Assembly (NCBI GenBank): GCA_034658655.1
Contig: JAYEFQ010000026.1
Location: 1 to 57,094, forward strand
Direction: 5' to 3'
Source: Bacteroidota bacterium
GTDB taxonomy: Bacteria > Bacteroidota > Bacteroidia > Bacteroidales > ML635J-15
DNA length: 57,094 bases
The position numbers and the translations under genes were made by a program. The notes beneath the pieces were generated by a model. The model was not told the DNA's origin and did no database searches. It worked only from the letters and a program-made list of their open reading frames with translations. Below, piece by piece: positions 10,246 to 20,730 of the stretch. Numbering within the stretch: the first letter of the stretch is position 1; every line of letters starts with the position of its first letter.

Positions 10246-11178
10246 ATGAATATGAAAGTGAATGTTTTAATTTTAATCAGTTTAACCATTGCAATTTCAA
10301 TGCCTTGTTTTGCTGCGTCTGATAGTCTCCCTGTTACAGATACTATCAATAAAGGAAAATGGACACATGGAGGCGAGGGGACACTTAACGTGAATCAGGG
10401 ATATTTATCAAACTGGGTTGAAGGAGGTGAAAGCTCAATTAGTGCAACTTGGATTTTAAATTTGAGTGCAAAATATAAAAGTGAAAACACCTCATGGGAT
10501 AATTATGCACGATGGAAATACGGTGTTTTAAAGTCAGGATATGAATCGCTCAGAAAAAATGAAGATAAATTTGAATTTGAATCTAAATTCGGATTAAATG
10601 CCTCTGAAAAATGGTATTACTCTGGATTGGTAAATGTGAAATCTCAATTATTTAACGGATATAGATATCCCAACGACTCAACGCCGGTTTCGACATTTTT
10701 ATCTCCAGGAAACATTGTCTCATCACTCGGTATGGATTACAAGCCGAACAAAAATCTCACACTCATGCTTTCTCCATTTTCCGTAAAAACAACTGTCGTT
10801 TGGGACACAGTAAATATTGACCAAACCCACTATGGACTAGAAGCAGACCAACGTTTCAAAGGAGAACTTGGGGGTTATATCACAGCAAAATGGAAAGCAA
10901 ATTTACATGAAAACATTGTGATGAATAATGAAATCGAACTGTTCTCTTCTTATTTAAATAATCCCAAAAATATTGATGTAGATTGGGAGTTCATACTGAT
11001 ATTAAAAGCAACTAAGTATTTATCAACCAGCATTTCAACCCACCTTATTTACGATCATGATATAGACATCCCTGTATATACTCTCGAAAATGGTGAACGA
11101 GTAAGAGATGGTGATAAAATAACAAAAGCCATACAATTTAAAGAAATGCTAAGCATCGGATTTTCATACAAATTTTAA
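10246..11178 (+). CDS. DUF3078-family outer-membrane beta-barrel protein
   Basis: Signal peptide; [20 protein letters not shown] and [15 protein letters not shown] (C-terminal Phe). Confidence 0.8.
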   Translation: MNMKVNVLILISLTIAISMPCFAASDSLPVTDTINKGKWTHGGEGTLNVNQGYLSNWVEGGESSISATWILNLSAKYKSENTSWDNYARWKYGVLKSGYESLRKNEDKFEFESKFGLNASEKWYYSGLVNVKSQLFNGYRYPNDSTPVSTFLSPGNIVSSLGMDYKPNKNLTLMLSPFSVKTTVVWDTVNIDQTHYGLEADQRFKGELGGYITAKWKANLHENIVMNNEIELFSSYLNNPKNIDVDWEFILILKATKYLSTSISTHLIYDHDIDIPVYTLENGERVRDGDKITKAIQFKEMLSIGFSYKF

Positions 11179-11233
11179 TTCTATAATTCGTAAAATTCTA
11201 TCTCATTTCAAAGGGATATTATTTGAAAAAATC

Positions 11234-11241
11234 TATCTTTG
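11234..11241 (+). promoter_or_regulatory. Bacteroidota -7 promoter box for guaA
   Basis: TATCTTTG upstream of the ATG at 11258. Confidence 0.65.
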
Positions 11242-11257
11242 CCAAAACATTTACAAC

Positions 11258-12790
11258 ATGCACGAAAAAATCATCATCCTCGACTTTGGCTCACAATACA
11301 CTCAATTGATAGCGAGAAAAGTACGCGAACTGAATGTATATTGCGAAATTCACCCTTTTGCTTACAAAATTCCGAAAAATGACGATAAAATCAAAGCGGT
11401 TATTTTAAGCGGCTCTCCATTTTCCGTATTAGATAAAGGGGCTCCGGTACCTCAACTTGAAGGAATAAAAGGAAAATATCCATTGCTGGGAGTTTGTTAT
11501 GGGGCGCAATATTTATCACATCATTATGGAGGAGATGTTCGATTTTCAAACTCTCGCGAGTATGGCAGAGCGCATCTTGTAAAAATGGACGAAACACATC
11601 CCTTGCTAAACGGTATGACACCAGGAAATCAAGTTTGGATGTCACATGGAGACACGATAAATAGCATTCCTGATAATTTTCAAATTATTGCCTCCACAGA
11701 AGACGTAAATGTTGCAGCTTTTCAAATTAAAGATGAAAAAACTTACGGCATTCAATTTCATCCTGAAGTATATCACTCTGAGGAAGGGAAACAACTTTTA
11801 GAAAATTTCATCATTCATATTGCTGAATGCACAAGAGACTGGACAGCAGAATCATATGTTGAGGAAACTATTGAGAAATTGAAAACCCAATTGGGAAACG
11901 ATAAAGTTGTACTTGGATTATCAGGTGGTGTAGACTCAAGCGTGGCTGCGATATTGCTACATAAAGCCATTGGGGAAAATCAAACCTGCATTTTTGTCGA
12001 TAATGGTTTGTTGCGAAAAAATGAATTTGAATCGGTGCTTGATTCGTACAAAGATCTCGGGTTAAATGTTATCGGTATCGATGCGCGAGAACGTTTTTAC
12101 GAAGCACTAAAAGGCGAAAAAGATCCTGAAAGAAAACGAAAAATTATTGGTGGCAAATTTATTGATATTTTTGATGAAGAAGCCAATAAAATTGAAGGCG
12201 TAAAATGGTTGGCACAAGGAACAATTTATCCTGATGTCATTGAGTCTGTTTCGGTTAATGGGCCTTCTGTCACAATAAAATCCCATCACAATGTGGGTGG
12301 CTTACCAGATAAAATGAATTTGAAAGTGGTTGAACCTTTACGCTCATTATTTAAAGACGAAGTACGACGTGTCGGAAAAACCATTGATGTTCCAGAAAAT
12401 ATTTTAAAACGTCATCCTTTCCCAGGTCCCGGACTCGGTATTCGGATTTTGGGAGATATTACACCAGACAAAGTACGCATTTTGCAAGAAGTTGATGACA
12501 TTTTCATTCAAGGTCTTAAAGATGACAGATTGTACGATGATGTTTGGCAAGCCGGAGCAATGTTGCTACCCATTCAATCAGTTGGTGTGATGGGCGATGA
12601 ACGCACCTATGAACAAGTTGTTGCTTTGCGAGCAGTGCAATCCACAGATGGCATGACAGCTGATTGGGTGCATTTGCCCTATGAGTTTTTGGCCAAAGTA
12701 TCAAACAAAATCATTAATCGAGTACGTGGCGTTAATCGCGTTGTTTATGATATCAGCTCAAAACCACCTGCAACAATTGAGTGGGAATAA
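11258..12790 (+). CDS. guaA: GMP synthase (glutamine-hydrolysing)
   Basis: [42 protein letters not shown] and KPPATIEWE motifs. Confidence 0.98.
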   Translation: MHEKIIILDFGSQYTQLIARKVRELNVYCEIHPFAYKIPKNDDKIKAVILSGSPFSVLDKGAPVPQLEGIKGKYPLLGVCYGAQYLSHHYGGDVRFSNSREYGRAHLVKMDETHPLLNGMTPGNQVWMSHGDTINSIPDNFQIIASTEDVNVAAFQIKDEKTYGIQFHPEVYHSEEGKQLLENFIIHIAECTRDWTAESYVEETIEKLKTQLGNDKVVLGLSGGVDSSVAAILLHKAIGENQTCIFVDNGLLRKNEFESVLDSYKDLGLNVIGIDARERFYEALKGEKDPERKRKIIGGKFIDIFDEEANKIEGVKWLAQGTIYPDVIESVSVNGPSVTIKSHHNVGGLPDKMNLKVVEPLRSLFKDEVRRVGKTIDVPENILKRHPFPGPGLGIRILGDITPDKVRILQEVDDIFIQGLKDDRLYDDVWQAGAMLLPIQSVGVMGDERTYEQVVALRAVQSTDGMTADWVHLPYEFLAKVSNKIINRVRGVNRVVYDISSKPPATIEWE

Positions 12791-12811
12791 TGAAACGAGT
12801 ATAAAAAGTAG

Positions 12812-12866
12812 AAAGTTTGTAACGCTCATAAAGTTGAAAGTGAGTACTTTATGAACTTTACGAACT
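12812..12866. repeat. Hairpin built from inverted degenerate 9-mer repeats (AAAGTTCRT-like)
   Basis: aagtttgtaacgctcataaagt pairs with actttatgaactttacgaact. Confidence 0.5.
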
Positions 12867-12873
12867 GTATAGG

Positions 12874-13017
12874 CAGGGCTAAAGCCCATTTTGTCTCGCA
12901 TACTTTTTCACCCCGACGACGGGGTTCATCATATGCTTAATTCATCTAAAGTCAATTAACCCTGACATTTATGTCGGGGGTTATAGGATAAAAAAACACA
13001 ATTGGGCTTTAGCCCTG
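12874..13017. repeat. REP/REPIN-like composite palindromic element
   Basis: Terminal 15-bp inverted repeats cagggctaaagccca/tgggctttagccctg; internal hairpins ccccgacgacgggg and accctgacatttatgtcggggg. Confidence 0.65.
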
Positions 13018-13089
13018 ATATACATTTATGTATTATAAACGCAAATTGTTTTAATTCAAAAAATCCGCTATTTTTATCAAAAATCAAAT

Positions 13090-14904
13090 TTGGCTAAGAA
13101 AAAAGAAAATATCAAGCTCAAAACACTGGTGAGTACATTGCCTGAAAAGCCTGGAGTATATCGTTTTTATGACAAAAACGATAATTTGCTTTATGTCGGA
13201 AAAGCCAAAAATCTAAAAAAGCGGGTATCATCTTATTTCACCAAACATCACGACAGTGGGAAGACTCGTGTTCTAGTTAAAAAAATTGTTGATATTAAGC
13301 CAATTGTCGTGGAAAATGAATCAGATGCCCTCCTTTTGGAAAACAATCTGATTAAAACCCATAAGCCTCGTTACAATGTCATGTTGAAAGATGACAAAAC
13401 CTATCCCTGGATAGTCATCCGTAATGAGGAGTTTCCCCGAGTTCATCTCACACGCAATGTAATTAAAGACGGTTCAGAGTATTTCGGACCTTATACATCC
13501 GTAAAGGTAGTTCGCACTTTATTGGATATGATTCGGCAACTATATCCCATCCGTAATTGCAAATACAAACTCAGCGAAGACAATATTAATCGTGGAAAAT
13601 TCAAAGCCTGTTTGGAGTATCATTTGGGAAATTGCTTAGCTCCATGTGAAGGGAAACAAAGCGAATCTGATTATCTGAACAATATTGAGCAAATTCGCAA
13701 CATCGTTAAAGGAGACTTGAATAGCGTTCTTTCATATTTGAAAAATCTTATGCAGGAATTTGCTGAAAATTACAAATTTGAGGACGCCGAAAACATGCGA
13801 CAAAAAATAAGTTTGATTGAAAATTACAAGGCAAAATCCACCATTGTTAATCCGAAAATTCATAATATGGATGTATTCGGTATGGTAGAAGATAAGCAAA
13901 CCGCATATATCAATTATCTTAAAATTGCTAATGGAGCAATCATACAAGCACATAGTATAGAGATTAAGAAGCGTATAGAAGAAGACACGGCAGAATTGCT
14001 TTCGACAGGCATACACGAAATTCGCACGAAACTTAATTCAACATCAACAACATGTCTTGTTCCGATTAAGCCGGCATTCGGCATTAAAAGTTTAGATTTT
14101 CTTATTCCTCAACGAGGAGATAAAAAACATTTACTTGATTTATCCATGCGAAATGCAAAATATTTCATGCTGGATAAACACAAGCAGATTGAGCATACTA
14201 ATCCTGAGCGACATACCAAGCGTATTCTGGAAACATTAAAAACCGACCTTCATCTCACAGAAGAACCCGTGCATATCGAGTGTTTCGACAATTCGAACAT
14301 ACAGGGTCATTATCCAGTGGCTGCCTGTGTTGTATTTAAAAATGCCAAACCGAGCAAAAAAGATTATCGCCATTTCCATATAAAAACGGTTGAAGGTCCT
14401 GATGATTATGCGTCCATGAAAGAGATTATCATGCGTCGCTACACTCGGCTAACAGAAGAAAATCAAAGCTTACCTCAACTGATTATTATTGATGGAGGAA
14501 AAGGACAACTTAGAGCAGCAGTTGAAGGGTTAGAGGCAATCGGATTACGTGGTAAAATTGCCATAATTGGGATTGCCAAGCGTTTAGAGGAAATTTTCTT
14601 TCCGGATGATTCCGTTCCACTATATTTAGATAAAAATAGCGAATCACTAAAAGTCATACAGCATGCCCGCGATGAGGCGCATCGTTTTGGGATTACATTT
14701 CACCGTAATCAACGCAGTAAAGATTTCATAAAATCAGAGTTAGATAATATTACAGGAATTGGAGGAAAAACCACTGAAACATTACTTAAAGTATTTGGTT
14801 CATTAAAGAAAATAAAGGCAGCTAATGAAGCAGAAATTGCAAAACATATTGGGAAAGCAAAAGCTCAGTTGATTATGGAATATTTTAAAACAAACAACAC
14901 ATAA
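13090..14904 (+). CDS. uvrC: Excinuclease ABC subunit C
   Basis: GIY-YIG N-terminus (PGVY..YVGKAKNL), ECFDNSN, IDGGKGQL and RDEAHRF motifs; TTG start. Confidence 0.97.
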   Translation: MAKKKENIKLKTLVSTLPEKPGVYRFYDKNDNLLYVGKAKNLKKRVSSYFTKHHDSGKTRVLVKKIVDIKPIVVENESDALLLENNLIKTHKPRYNVMLKDDKTYPWIVIRNEEFPRVHLTRNVIKDGSEYFGPYTSVKVVRTLLDMIRQLYPIRNCKYKLSEDNINRGKFKACLEYHLGNCLAPCEGKQSESDYLNNIEQIRNIVKGDLNSVLSYLKNLMQEFAENYKFEDAENMRQKISLIENYKAKSTIVNPKIHNMDVFGMVEDKQTAYINYLKIANGAIIQAHSIEIKKRIEEDTAELLSTGIHEIRTKLNSTSTTCLVPIKPAFGIKSLDFLIPQRGDKKHLLDLSMRNAKYFMLDKHKQIEHTNPERHTKRILETLKTDLHLTEEPVHIECFDNSNIQGHYPVAACVVFKNAKPSKKDYRHFHIKTVEGPDDYASMKEIIMRRYTRLTEENQSLPQLIIIDGGKGQLRAAVEGLEAIGLRGKIAIIGIAKRLEEIFFPDDSVPLYLDKNSESLKVIQHARDEAHRFGITFHRNQRSKDFIKSELDNITGIGGKTTETLLKVFGSLKKIKAANEAEIAKHIGKAKAQLIMEYFKTNNT

Positions 14905-14994
14905 AAAAAACGCCAAATCTTCGAGAAATTTGACGTTTTCTGTATTTTGTTTAGTGCTAATTCTAAAATTGCTAAGCCCTAAGGATAACACTTA

Positions 14995-15099
14995 ATACCA
15001 TTTTAAAATCAAAATTGCAAGTATAATGCCGATGTAGATTCAACACCGATAGGCGAGACAAAGCGTAGCATATCTGTAGTTTTGAATCACAATCGGTAT
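14995..15099 (+). mobile_element. Dispersed ~105-bp MITE-like repeat, copy A
   Basis: ATACC...GGTAT ends; core gtataatgccgatgtagattcaacaccgataggcga recurs inverted at 28622-28725. Confidence 0.7.
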
Positions 15100-15110
15100 A
15101 ACTCCTGTCT

Positions 15111-16364
15111 TTAATCCAATTTATGAATCAATAAGCCAGATCGTAATTTTGGTTCAAACCACGTCGTTTTTGGTGGCATGATATTCCCTGTATCAGCAAT
15201 GTCAATCAATTGTTTCATGCTTACAGGATACAATGCAAATGCAACTTTCATTTCATCGCCGTCAACGCGTTTTTTCAATTCACCTAGGCCTCTAATTCCA
15301 CCAACAAAATCAATGCGTTTTGAGGTGCGCAAATCTTCTATGCCAAGCAAATTATCCAAAATAAGATTTGAAAGAATGGTAACATCTAAAACACCGATTG
15401 GGTCGTTATCGTCATAATTACCTGGGCGTGTAGTTAATTTGTACCATTTTCCTTCTAAGTACATGCTAAATTCATGAAGTTTTGCAGGCTTATAAATATC
15501 TTCGCCCATATCTTCCACTTCAAACACTTCATTCAGCTTGTTCAGAAAATCACTTGGATCAAGACCGTTTAAATCTTTTACAACACGGTTATAGTCAATG
15601 ATTTTTAATTGATTATCGGGAAAATGCACCGCCATGAAATAGTTATATTCTTCATCACCAGTATGATTTGGGTTTTTTGCAGCAAATTCGTCACCAATAC
15701 GTGCTGCAGCAGCCGTTCTATGATGTCCATCAGCAACATAAGTAGCAGGAACTTTGGTTGCAAAAAGCGCCTCAAGCTGTTTATTGCTTTCCGGATTGTT
15801 CACTGGCCAAAATGCATGTCCGAATCCGTCTTCTTTTGCAACAAATTCATACTCCGGATTTTCATTTTCGACAATATTTTCAACAATTGCATCAATCTCG
15901 GGAACGGCTTTATATGAGAAGAATACAGGCTCAATATTTGCACGTGTATAACGTGTTAATACCATGCGATCTTCTTCTTTTTCAGGACGTGTTAATTCGT
16001 GTTTTTTAATAACACCGTCTTTATAATCCTGACATGCAGCACTACCGACAAGTCCGTACTGAGTACGACCGTCCATGGTTTGAGCATAAATATAATACTT
16101 TGCTTCTGCATCTTGCTTTAGCCAGCCTTTTTCTTGAAACTTCTTGAAATTTTCAACTGCTTTTTCATAAACTGCTTCTGAATGAACATCTGTTCCTTCG
16201 GGCAAATCAATTTCCGCACGAGTAATATGCAAAAATGAATATTCTTTACCTTCAGCCATTTCAACAGCTTCTTTTGAGTTCATCACATCATAAGGGAGAC
16301 AAGAAACTTCCTCAGCCAAATTTTGTGGAGGACGTAGTCCTTTGAATGGTTTGATTATAGCCAT
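15111..16364 (-). CDS. DUF1015-family protein in the serC-serA operon
   Basis: PYDV, IKKHELTR, YVADGHHR and MPPKTTWFEPKLRSGL motifs. Confidence 0.9.
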   Translation of the reverse strand: MAIIKPFKGLRPPQNLAEEVSCLPYDVMNSKEAVEMAEGKEYSFLHITRAEIDLPEGTDVHSEAVYEKAVENFKKFQEKGWLKQDAEAKYYIYAQTMDGRTQYGLVGSAACQDYKDGVIKKHELTRPEKEEDRMVLTRYTRANIEPVFFSYKAVPEIDAIVENIVENENPEYEFVAKEDGFGHAFWPVNNPESNKQLEALFATKVPATYVADGHHRTAAAARIGDEFAAKNPNHTGDEEYNYFMAVHFPDNQLKIIDYNRVVKDLNGLDPSDFLNKLNEVFEVEDMGEDIYKPAKLHEFSMYLEGKWYKLTTRPGNYDDNDPIGVLDVTILSNLILDNLLGIEDLRTSKRIDFVGGIRGLGELKKRVDGDEMKVAFALYPVSMKQLIDIADTGNIMPPKTTWFEPKLRSGLLIHKLD

Positions 16365-16399
16365 AATTTTACTTTTTTAATCATAATTATTATTATATT

Positions 16400-16436
16400 T
16401 GCGTAGATGCGTAGATGCGAACCAGCGTGGATGCGA
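16400..16436. repeat. Octamer array (GCGTAGAT)n downstream of the four-helix-bundle gene
   Basis: gcgtagat gcgtagat gcgaacca gcgtggat gcg. Confidence 0.7.
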
Positions 16437-16447
16437 TTAATCAGTCT

Positions 16448-16822
16448 TCAAAAGCACCATTTATCTTTATCTTTAATCATAAGTACTAACATGCTTAATA
16501 TATAATCGTATTTATCCGAAAGCCTAGCATGCTCTTCTATTGAAATATAATTACAATCCAAAGACATATTTAACCACAAAAGTGTTTCGTCTGCTTCGGT
16601 TTCGGACTCTGTCAATTTGCTAACAAAGTTTTTAGGATACCTTCTTCTACGCCATGCTTCCACTATATTACTTACGACTGAACGTGACAATCTTCTAATC
16701 TGACTTGTTAAATCAAACTTTTCCACTTCAGGAAAGGTTTTTGTAAGCAAGAAAACTTCCATTGCAGCCTTATATGCTACTTTGTAAACTTTTAATTCTC
16801 GTGAAGAAGTAACTAAATCCAT
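16448..16822 (-). CDS. Four-helix-bundle protein (23S rRNA intervening-sequence protein family, TIGR02436-like)
   Basis: L.VY..A, FP.EKF.LTSQIRR.SRSV.SNI.EAW and E..ET..WL motifs. Confidence 0.9.
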   Translation of the reverse strand: MDLVTSSRELKVYKVAYKAAMEVFLLTKTFPEVEKFDLTSQIRRLSRSVVSNIVEAWRRRRYPKNFVSKLTESETEADETLLWLNMSLDCNYISIEEHARLSDKYDYILSMLVLMIKDKDKWCF

Positions 16823-16869
16823 TTGCTTTCTATCAATTTTATTATTGACTTCATCTTAAAATTACATTA

Positions 16870-16919
16870 ACGCCTCTACGCGTCCAGAAAACTTTCGGAA
16901 CGCAACAACGCATCTCACG
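16870..16919. repeat. Complementary octamer array (ACGCATCT)n upstream of the four-helix-bundle gene
   Basis: acgcctct acgcgtcc ... acgcaaca acgcatct, inverted relative to 16400-16436. Confidence 0.65.
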
Positions 16920-16923
16920 AGTT

Positions 16924-17847
16924 TTACTTATTCACTTGAAACGTTTTGTCTCCTTTTTCAAATAAGGCAACAATTTGCTCGATAGCTGCAATACCAGAAT
17001 TCACATTTGCTTCTTTTGTTTGAGCTCCCATTTTCTTTGGAGTAAAGAAATAACGACCTTCAAATTTTGCTGCAATCTCATCTGCACAATCAGGTGCAAT
17101 GTCTGAAAGATAAGTAAAGTCTTCACGCTCAGCCATAAACTCCATCAATTCTGATTCATTAATCACTTCTTTTCGCGCAGTATTTACGAGACAAGCATTT
17201 TTTGGCATAGAACCTAGAAGTGCTTTCCCGATTGAACCTTTTGTTTTTTCGTTTGCCGGGATATGTAGAGAGATATACTGACATGATTTATACAATTCCT
17301 CAACAGAATCCATTGCCTTAACACCGTCTGCTTCAATTGCAGATTTTTCAATGAACGGATCGAAAGCACAAACTTCCATTCCGAATCCTTTAGCAATGCG
17401 CGCAACATGTTGTCCGACATTTCCGTAAGCATGAATTCCGATTGTTTTTTCTTTCAACTCAGTACCGGGTTTGCCATTGAATCCACCACGAGCCATAAAT
17501 ACCATCATGCCGAGTGCTAGTTCCGCTACAGCATTGGAATTTTGACCGGGAGTATTCATAACCACAACATTATTCTTGCTTGCAGCATCCAAATCAACAT
17601 TATCATATCCTGCACCTGCACGAACGACAACCTCCAGATTTTTTGCAGCATCAATCACTTCAGCGGTTACTTTATCTGAACGGATAATGATTGCATTAAC
17701 ATTAGCAACTGCATTAACAAAATCTTGTTGCTCTGCATATTTTTCCAGCAAAATAAATTCATATCCCGCTTCTTTCACAATCGCTTCAATCCCTTTTACT
17801 GCCTCTGGAGCAAAAGGTTTTTGTGTTGCAACTAATATTTTTTTCAT
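16924..17847 (-). CDS. serA: D-3-phosphoglycerate dehydrogenase (short type without ACT domain)
   Basis: RAGAGYDNVD, NTPGQNSNAVAE and NTAR motifs; directly downstream of serC. Confidence 0.88.
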   Translation of the reverse strand: MKKILVATQKPFAPEAVKGIEAIVKEAGYEFILLEKYAEQQDFVNAVANVNAIIIRSDKVTAEVIDAAKNLEVVVRAGAGYDNVDLDAASKNNVVVMNTPGQNSNAVAELALGMMVFMARGGFNGKPGTELKEKTIGIHAYGNVGQHVARIAKGFGMEVCAFDPFIEKSAIEADGVKAMDSVEELYKSCQYISLHIPANEKTKGSIGKALLGSMPKNACLVNTARKEVINESELMEFMAEREDFTYLSDIAPDCADEIAAKFEGRYFFTPKKMGAQTKEANVNSGIAAIEQIVALFEKGDKTFQVNK

Positions 17848-17865
17848 GACATTAATATTTTAAAC

Positions 17866-17891
17866 AATGAGCTGTCAAAAGACAGCTCATT
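17866..17891 (-). terminator. Stem-loop between serC and serA (terminator or mRNA-stability hairpin)
   Basis: aatgagctgtc-aaaa-gacagctcatt perfect inverted repeat. Confidence 0.55.
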
Positions 17892-17913
17892 TAAATTTTA
17901 TAATATGTTATAA

Positions 17914-18984
17914 TTACGCATTTGCTTTCTCGAAATCTTTCATTGCTTGTACAAGTGCCTCAACATCTTCGATTGTAGAAGCATTATAAGTAGAAGCACG
18001 GAATCCACCAACTGAACGGTGACCTTTAATTCCAATACAGTTACGTTCCCCAGCAAATTTGATAAAATCAGCTTGTAATGCTTCATATTTATCTTCCATA
18101 ATGAAGCAAATATTCATTCGTGAACGGTCTTCTTTAGCAACGCTTCCTTTGAACATATTGCTTTCGTCAATTGCATTATAAAGCAAATCAGCGCGCTCTT
18201 GTGCAAGTTTATCCATTGCTTCAACTCCACCCTTAGCTTTAACCCATTTCAAGGTTTCACGAATAGCAAAAATATTGATACATGGAGGCGTATTAAACAT
18301 GGATCCCTTATCAACATGAATTGAATATTTCAACATAGTTGGAATCGGACGATCAACCACTTTATCTAGTATTGATTTACGGATAATGACAAACGTTGCT
18401 CCAGCAGGACCTACATTTTTCTGAGCACCACCATAAACCATTGCATATTTTGAGAAATCAACAGGACGGCTCATGAAATCGGATGACATATCAGCGATCA
18501 ATGGAACTGGACAATCAATATCATTCAATATTTCAGTCCCTTTAATCGTATTATTGGTTGTGATATGCGCATAGTCCATATCTGCAGGAATATCATAATC
18601 TTTAGGGATATAGGTAAATTCCTTATCTTTTGAAGACACTTCTAAAACATCGCCCCACATAGCAGCTTCTTTCACAGCCTTAGCAGACCATGTTCCAGTG
18701 TTTAAGTAGAAAGCTTTTTCACCGAGAAAATTATAAGGGATCATGGCAAACTGCATTGACGCACCACCACCAAGAAATAGAATTTCAAAATCATCAGGAA
18801 TATTCATCACCTCATGCATCAATTCGATTGTTTCATCCATAATTGCCATGAATTCTTTGCTTCGGTGAGAAACTTCTAAAATAGATTGCCCAGTATTATC
18901 AAGCTCTAAAATTGCTTTAGACGTATTCTCCAATAAGCTATCAGACAACTTACATGGACCTGCATTAAAAATATGTTTTCTCAT
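17914..18984 (-). CDS. serC: Phosphoserine aminotransferase
   Basis: FNAGP, SHRS, GGGASMQF, DMSSD, GAQKN, NTPP and GHRSVGGFRAS motifs. Confidence 0.97.
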   Translation of the reverse strand: MRKHIFNAGPCKLSDSLLENTSKAILELDNTGQSILEVSHRSKEFMAIMDETIELMHEVMNIPDDFEILFLGGGASMQFAMIPYNFLGEKAFYLNTGTWSAKAVKEAAMWGDVLEVSSKDKEFTYIPKDYDIPADMDYAHITTNNTIKGTEILNDIDCPVPLIADMSSDFMSRPVDFSKYAMVYGGAQKNVGPAGATFVIIRKSILDKVVDRPIPTMLKYSIHVDKGSMFNTPPCINIFAIRETLKWVKAKGGVEAMDKLAQERADLLYNAIDESNMFKGSVAKEDRSRMNICFIMEDKYEALQADFIKFAGERNCIGIKGHRSVGGFRASTYNASTIEDVEALVQAMKDFEKANA

Positions 18985-19027
18985 AATTTATTAATTTTTA
19001 AATATTTAAGTACATTTTTGATTTCAA

Positions 19028-19035
19028 CAAAAATA
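19028..19035 (-). promoter_or_regulatory. Bacteroidota -7 promoter box for the serC operon
   Basis: TATTTTTG on the minus strand, about 45 nt upstream of serC. Confidence 0.45.
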
Positions 19036-19095
19036 AACATATTTAGCAATCTTTCAAGCGTAAAAATAATGATGTAAAACATATCGAATTATAAT

Positions 19096-19103
19096 TACAT
19101 TTG
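19096..19103 (+). promoter_or_regulatory. Bacteroidota -7 promoter box
   Basis: TACATTTG upstream of the ATG at 19128. Confidence 0.6.
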
Positions 19104-19127
19104 CGGTAAATTTAAAAGAGAAACAAC

Positions 19128-19709
19128 ATGACATTAATTGCATTCGATTGGCAAACATGGGTACTTATCCCTTTGTTTATTTTTGTTGCCCGCATATTAG
19201 ATGTGAGTATAGGGACCATGCGCATCATCCTAGTTAACAGAGGTTATAAAACACTTGCCCCCTTACTCGGTTTTGTTGAGATTTTCATTTGGGTTATTGC
19301 CATCAGTAAAATTATGGGAAACCTCGACAACTGGATTAATTACATTTTTTATGCAGCAGGTTTTGCAACAGGAAATTATGTTGGAATGTATATTGAAGAA
19401 AAACTCGCTATTGGAAAAGTCGGAGTAAGAATTATCACCAAACATAATGCAAAAAACCTAATACATAATATTACCAATGAAGGATTTGGAATTACATTTG
19501 TTGATGCACAAGGAAAATACGGAGATGTTCACATTCTCTATGTCACCTGTAAACGCAAGCGATTGAATAAATTGCTACATCTTATTCACGAATATAATCC
19601 GAATGCATTCTACACTATCGAAGATATTCGATACGCAAGTCAGGAACACGAAATTCCAGCAGGACACATGGTACCGAAACGGCTTTTTAGTTTTCGAAAA
19701 GGAAAATAA
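19128..19709 (+). CDS. DUF2179/DUF5698 membrane protein (UPF0316-like)
   Basis: ARILDVSIGTMRI, GFVEIFIW, YAAGFATGNYVG..IEEKLAIG and PNAFYTIED motifs. Confidence 0.85.
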   Translation: MTLIAFDWQTWVLIPLFIFVARILDVSIGTMRIILVNRGYKTLAPLLGFVEIFIWVIAISKIMGNLDNWINYIFYAAGFATGNYVGMYIEEKLAIGKVGVRIITKHNAKNLIHNITNEGFGITFVDAQGKYGDVHILYVTCKRKRLNKLLHLIHEYNPNAFYTIEDIRYASQEHEIPAGHMVPKRLFSFRKGK

Positions 19710-19766
19710 TTTTGCCTGTTTATCTCATAAATTTTCATTAAGTTCGTTGTTTGAAAAACGAATGCT

Positions 19767-20687
19767 GTGAAAAACCTCAAAGACATACAACAATTTGAAG
19801 CATTTGACAATCTGGAATTCATTGCAAGACAAGTTGTAGAGGGATTTATTACCGGATTGCACAAAAGCCCGTATCATGGATTTTCTGTGGAATTTGCAGA
19901 ACATCGGCTTTATAATAAAGGCGAATCAACAAAACATATTGATTGGAAATTATATGCCCGCACCGAAAAACTTTTCGTAAAACGATACGAAGAAGAAACC
20001 AATCTCAGGGCACATATAATTATAGACACGTCGTCGTCAATGCTTTTTCCTGTAAAAGCAGAGCGTATGAATAAAATATCATATTCTGTTTATCTTGCAT
20101 CAGCACTTATTTATTTACTAAAACGACAACGAGACGCTGTAGGATTAAGTTTATTTGATGAAAGCATAAAATTACACACCGATGCTCGCCTGAATTCCGT
20201 ACACCTTTCTCATCTTTACAATGAGCTTCGTAATTTATTATCAGATAATTTTCAACCGGCAAAAGTAAAAACCAGTGCAGCTGAATCATTAAATATACTT
20301 GCCGAGCAGATTAATAAACGCTCGTTAGTTGTTATTTTTTCAGATATGTTTACCGAAGAAGACCCCGACGTGCTGTTTTCTGCCTTGCAACATTTGCGGT
20401 TTAAAAAGCATGAAGTCATTCTTTTCCATGTTACTGATCATGAATTGGAACATGAATTTAATTTCTCAAATCGCCCACATCGTTTTGTGGATTTAGAAAG
20501 CGGAAAAGAACTAAAACTCAATCCAAACGAAGTTCGCGAACATTATCAGAATGAAACAAAACGCATGTTTACCGAATTAAAAAATCGCTGCGGACAATTT
20601 AATATCGATTTTGTGGAAGCTGATATCCGTAAAGATTTTTCAGAAGTACTTCATGCCTACTTGTTAAAACGGGGCAAGTTATATTAA
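19767..20687 (+). CDS. DUF58-domain protein
   Basis: GLHKSPYHGFSVEFAEHRLY, IDWKLYAR and YEEETN motifs; GTG start. Confidence 0.92.
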   Translation: MKNLKDIQQFEAFDNLEFIARQVVEGFITGLHKSPYHGFSVEFAEHRLYNKGESTKHIDWKLYARTEKLFVKRYEEETNLRAHIIIDTSSSMLFPVKAERMNKISYSVYLASALIYLLKRQRDAVGLSLFDESIKLHTDARLNSVHLSHLYNELRNLLSDNFQPAKVKTSAAESLNILAEQINKRSLVVIFSDMFTEEDPDVLFSALQHLRFKKHEVILFHVTDHELEHEFNFSNRPHRFVDLESGKELKLNPNEVREHYQNETKRMFTELKNRCGQFNIDFVEADIRKDFSEVLHAYLLKRGKLY

Positions 20688-20730
20688 CCCATTAACAGGT
20701 CATACCATTTTAAAATCAAAAACATCACAC

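Noticed and set aside
16448-16822. Diversity-generating retroelement Avd
   Set aside because: No reverse transcriptase or TR/VR pair in the window
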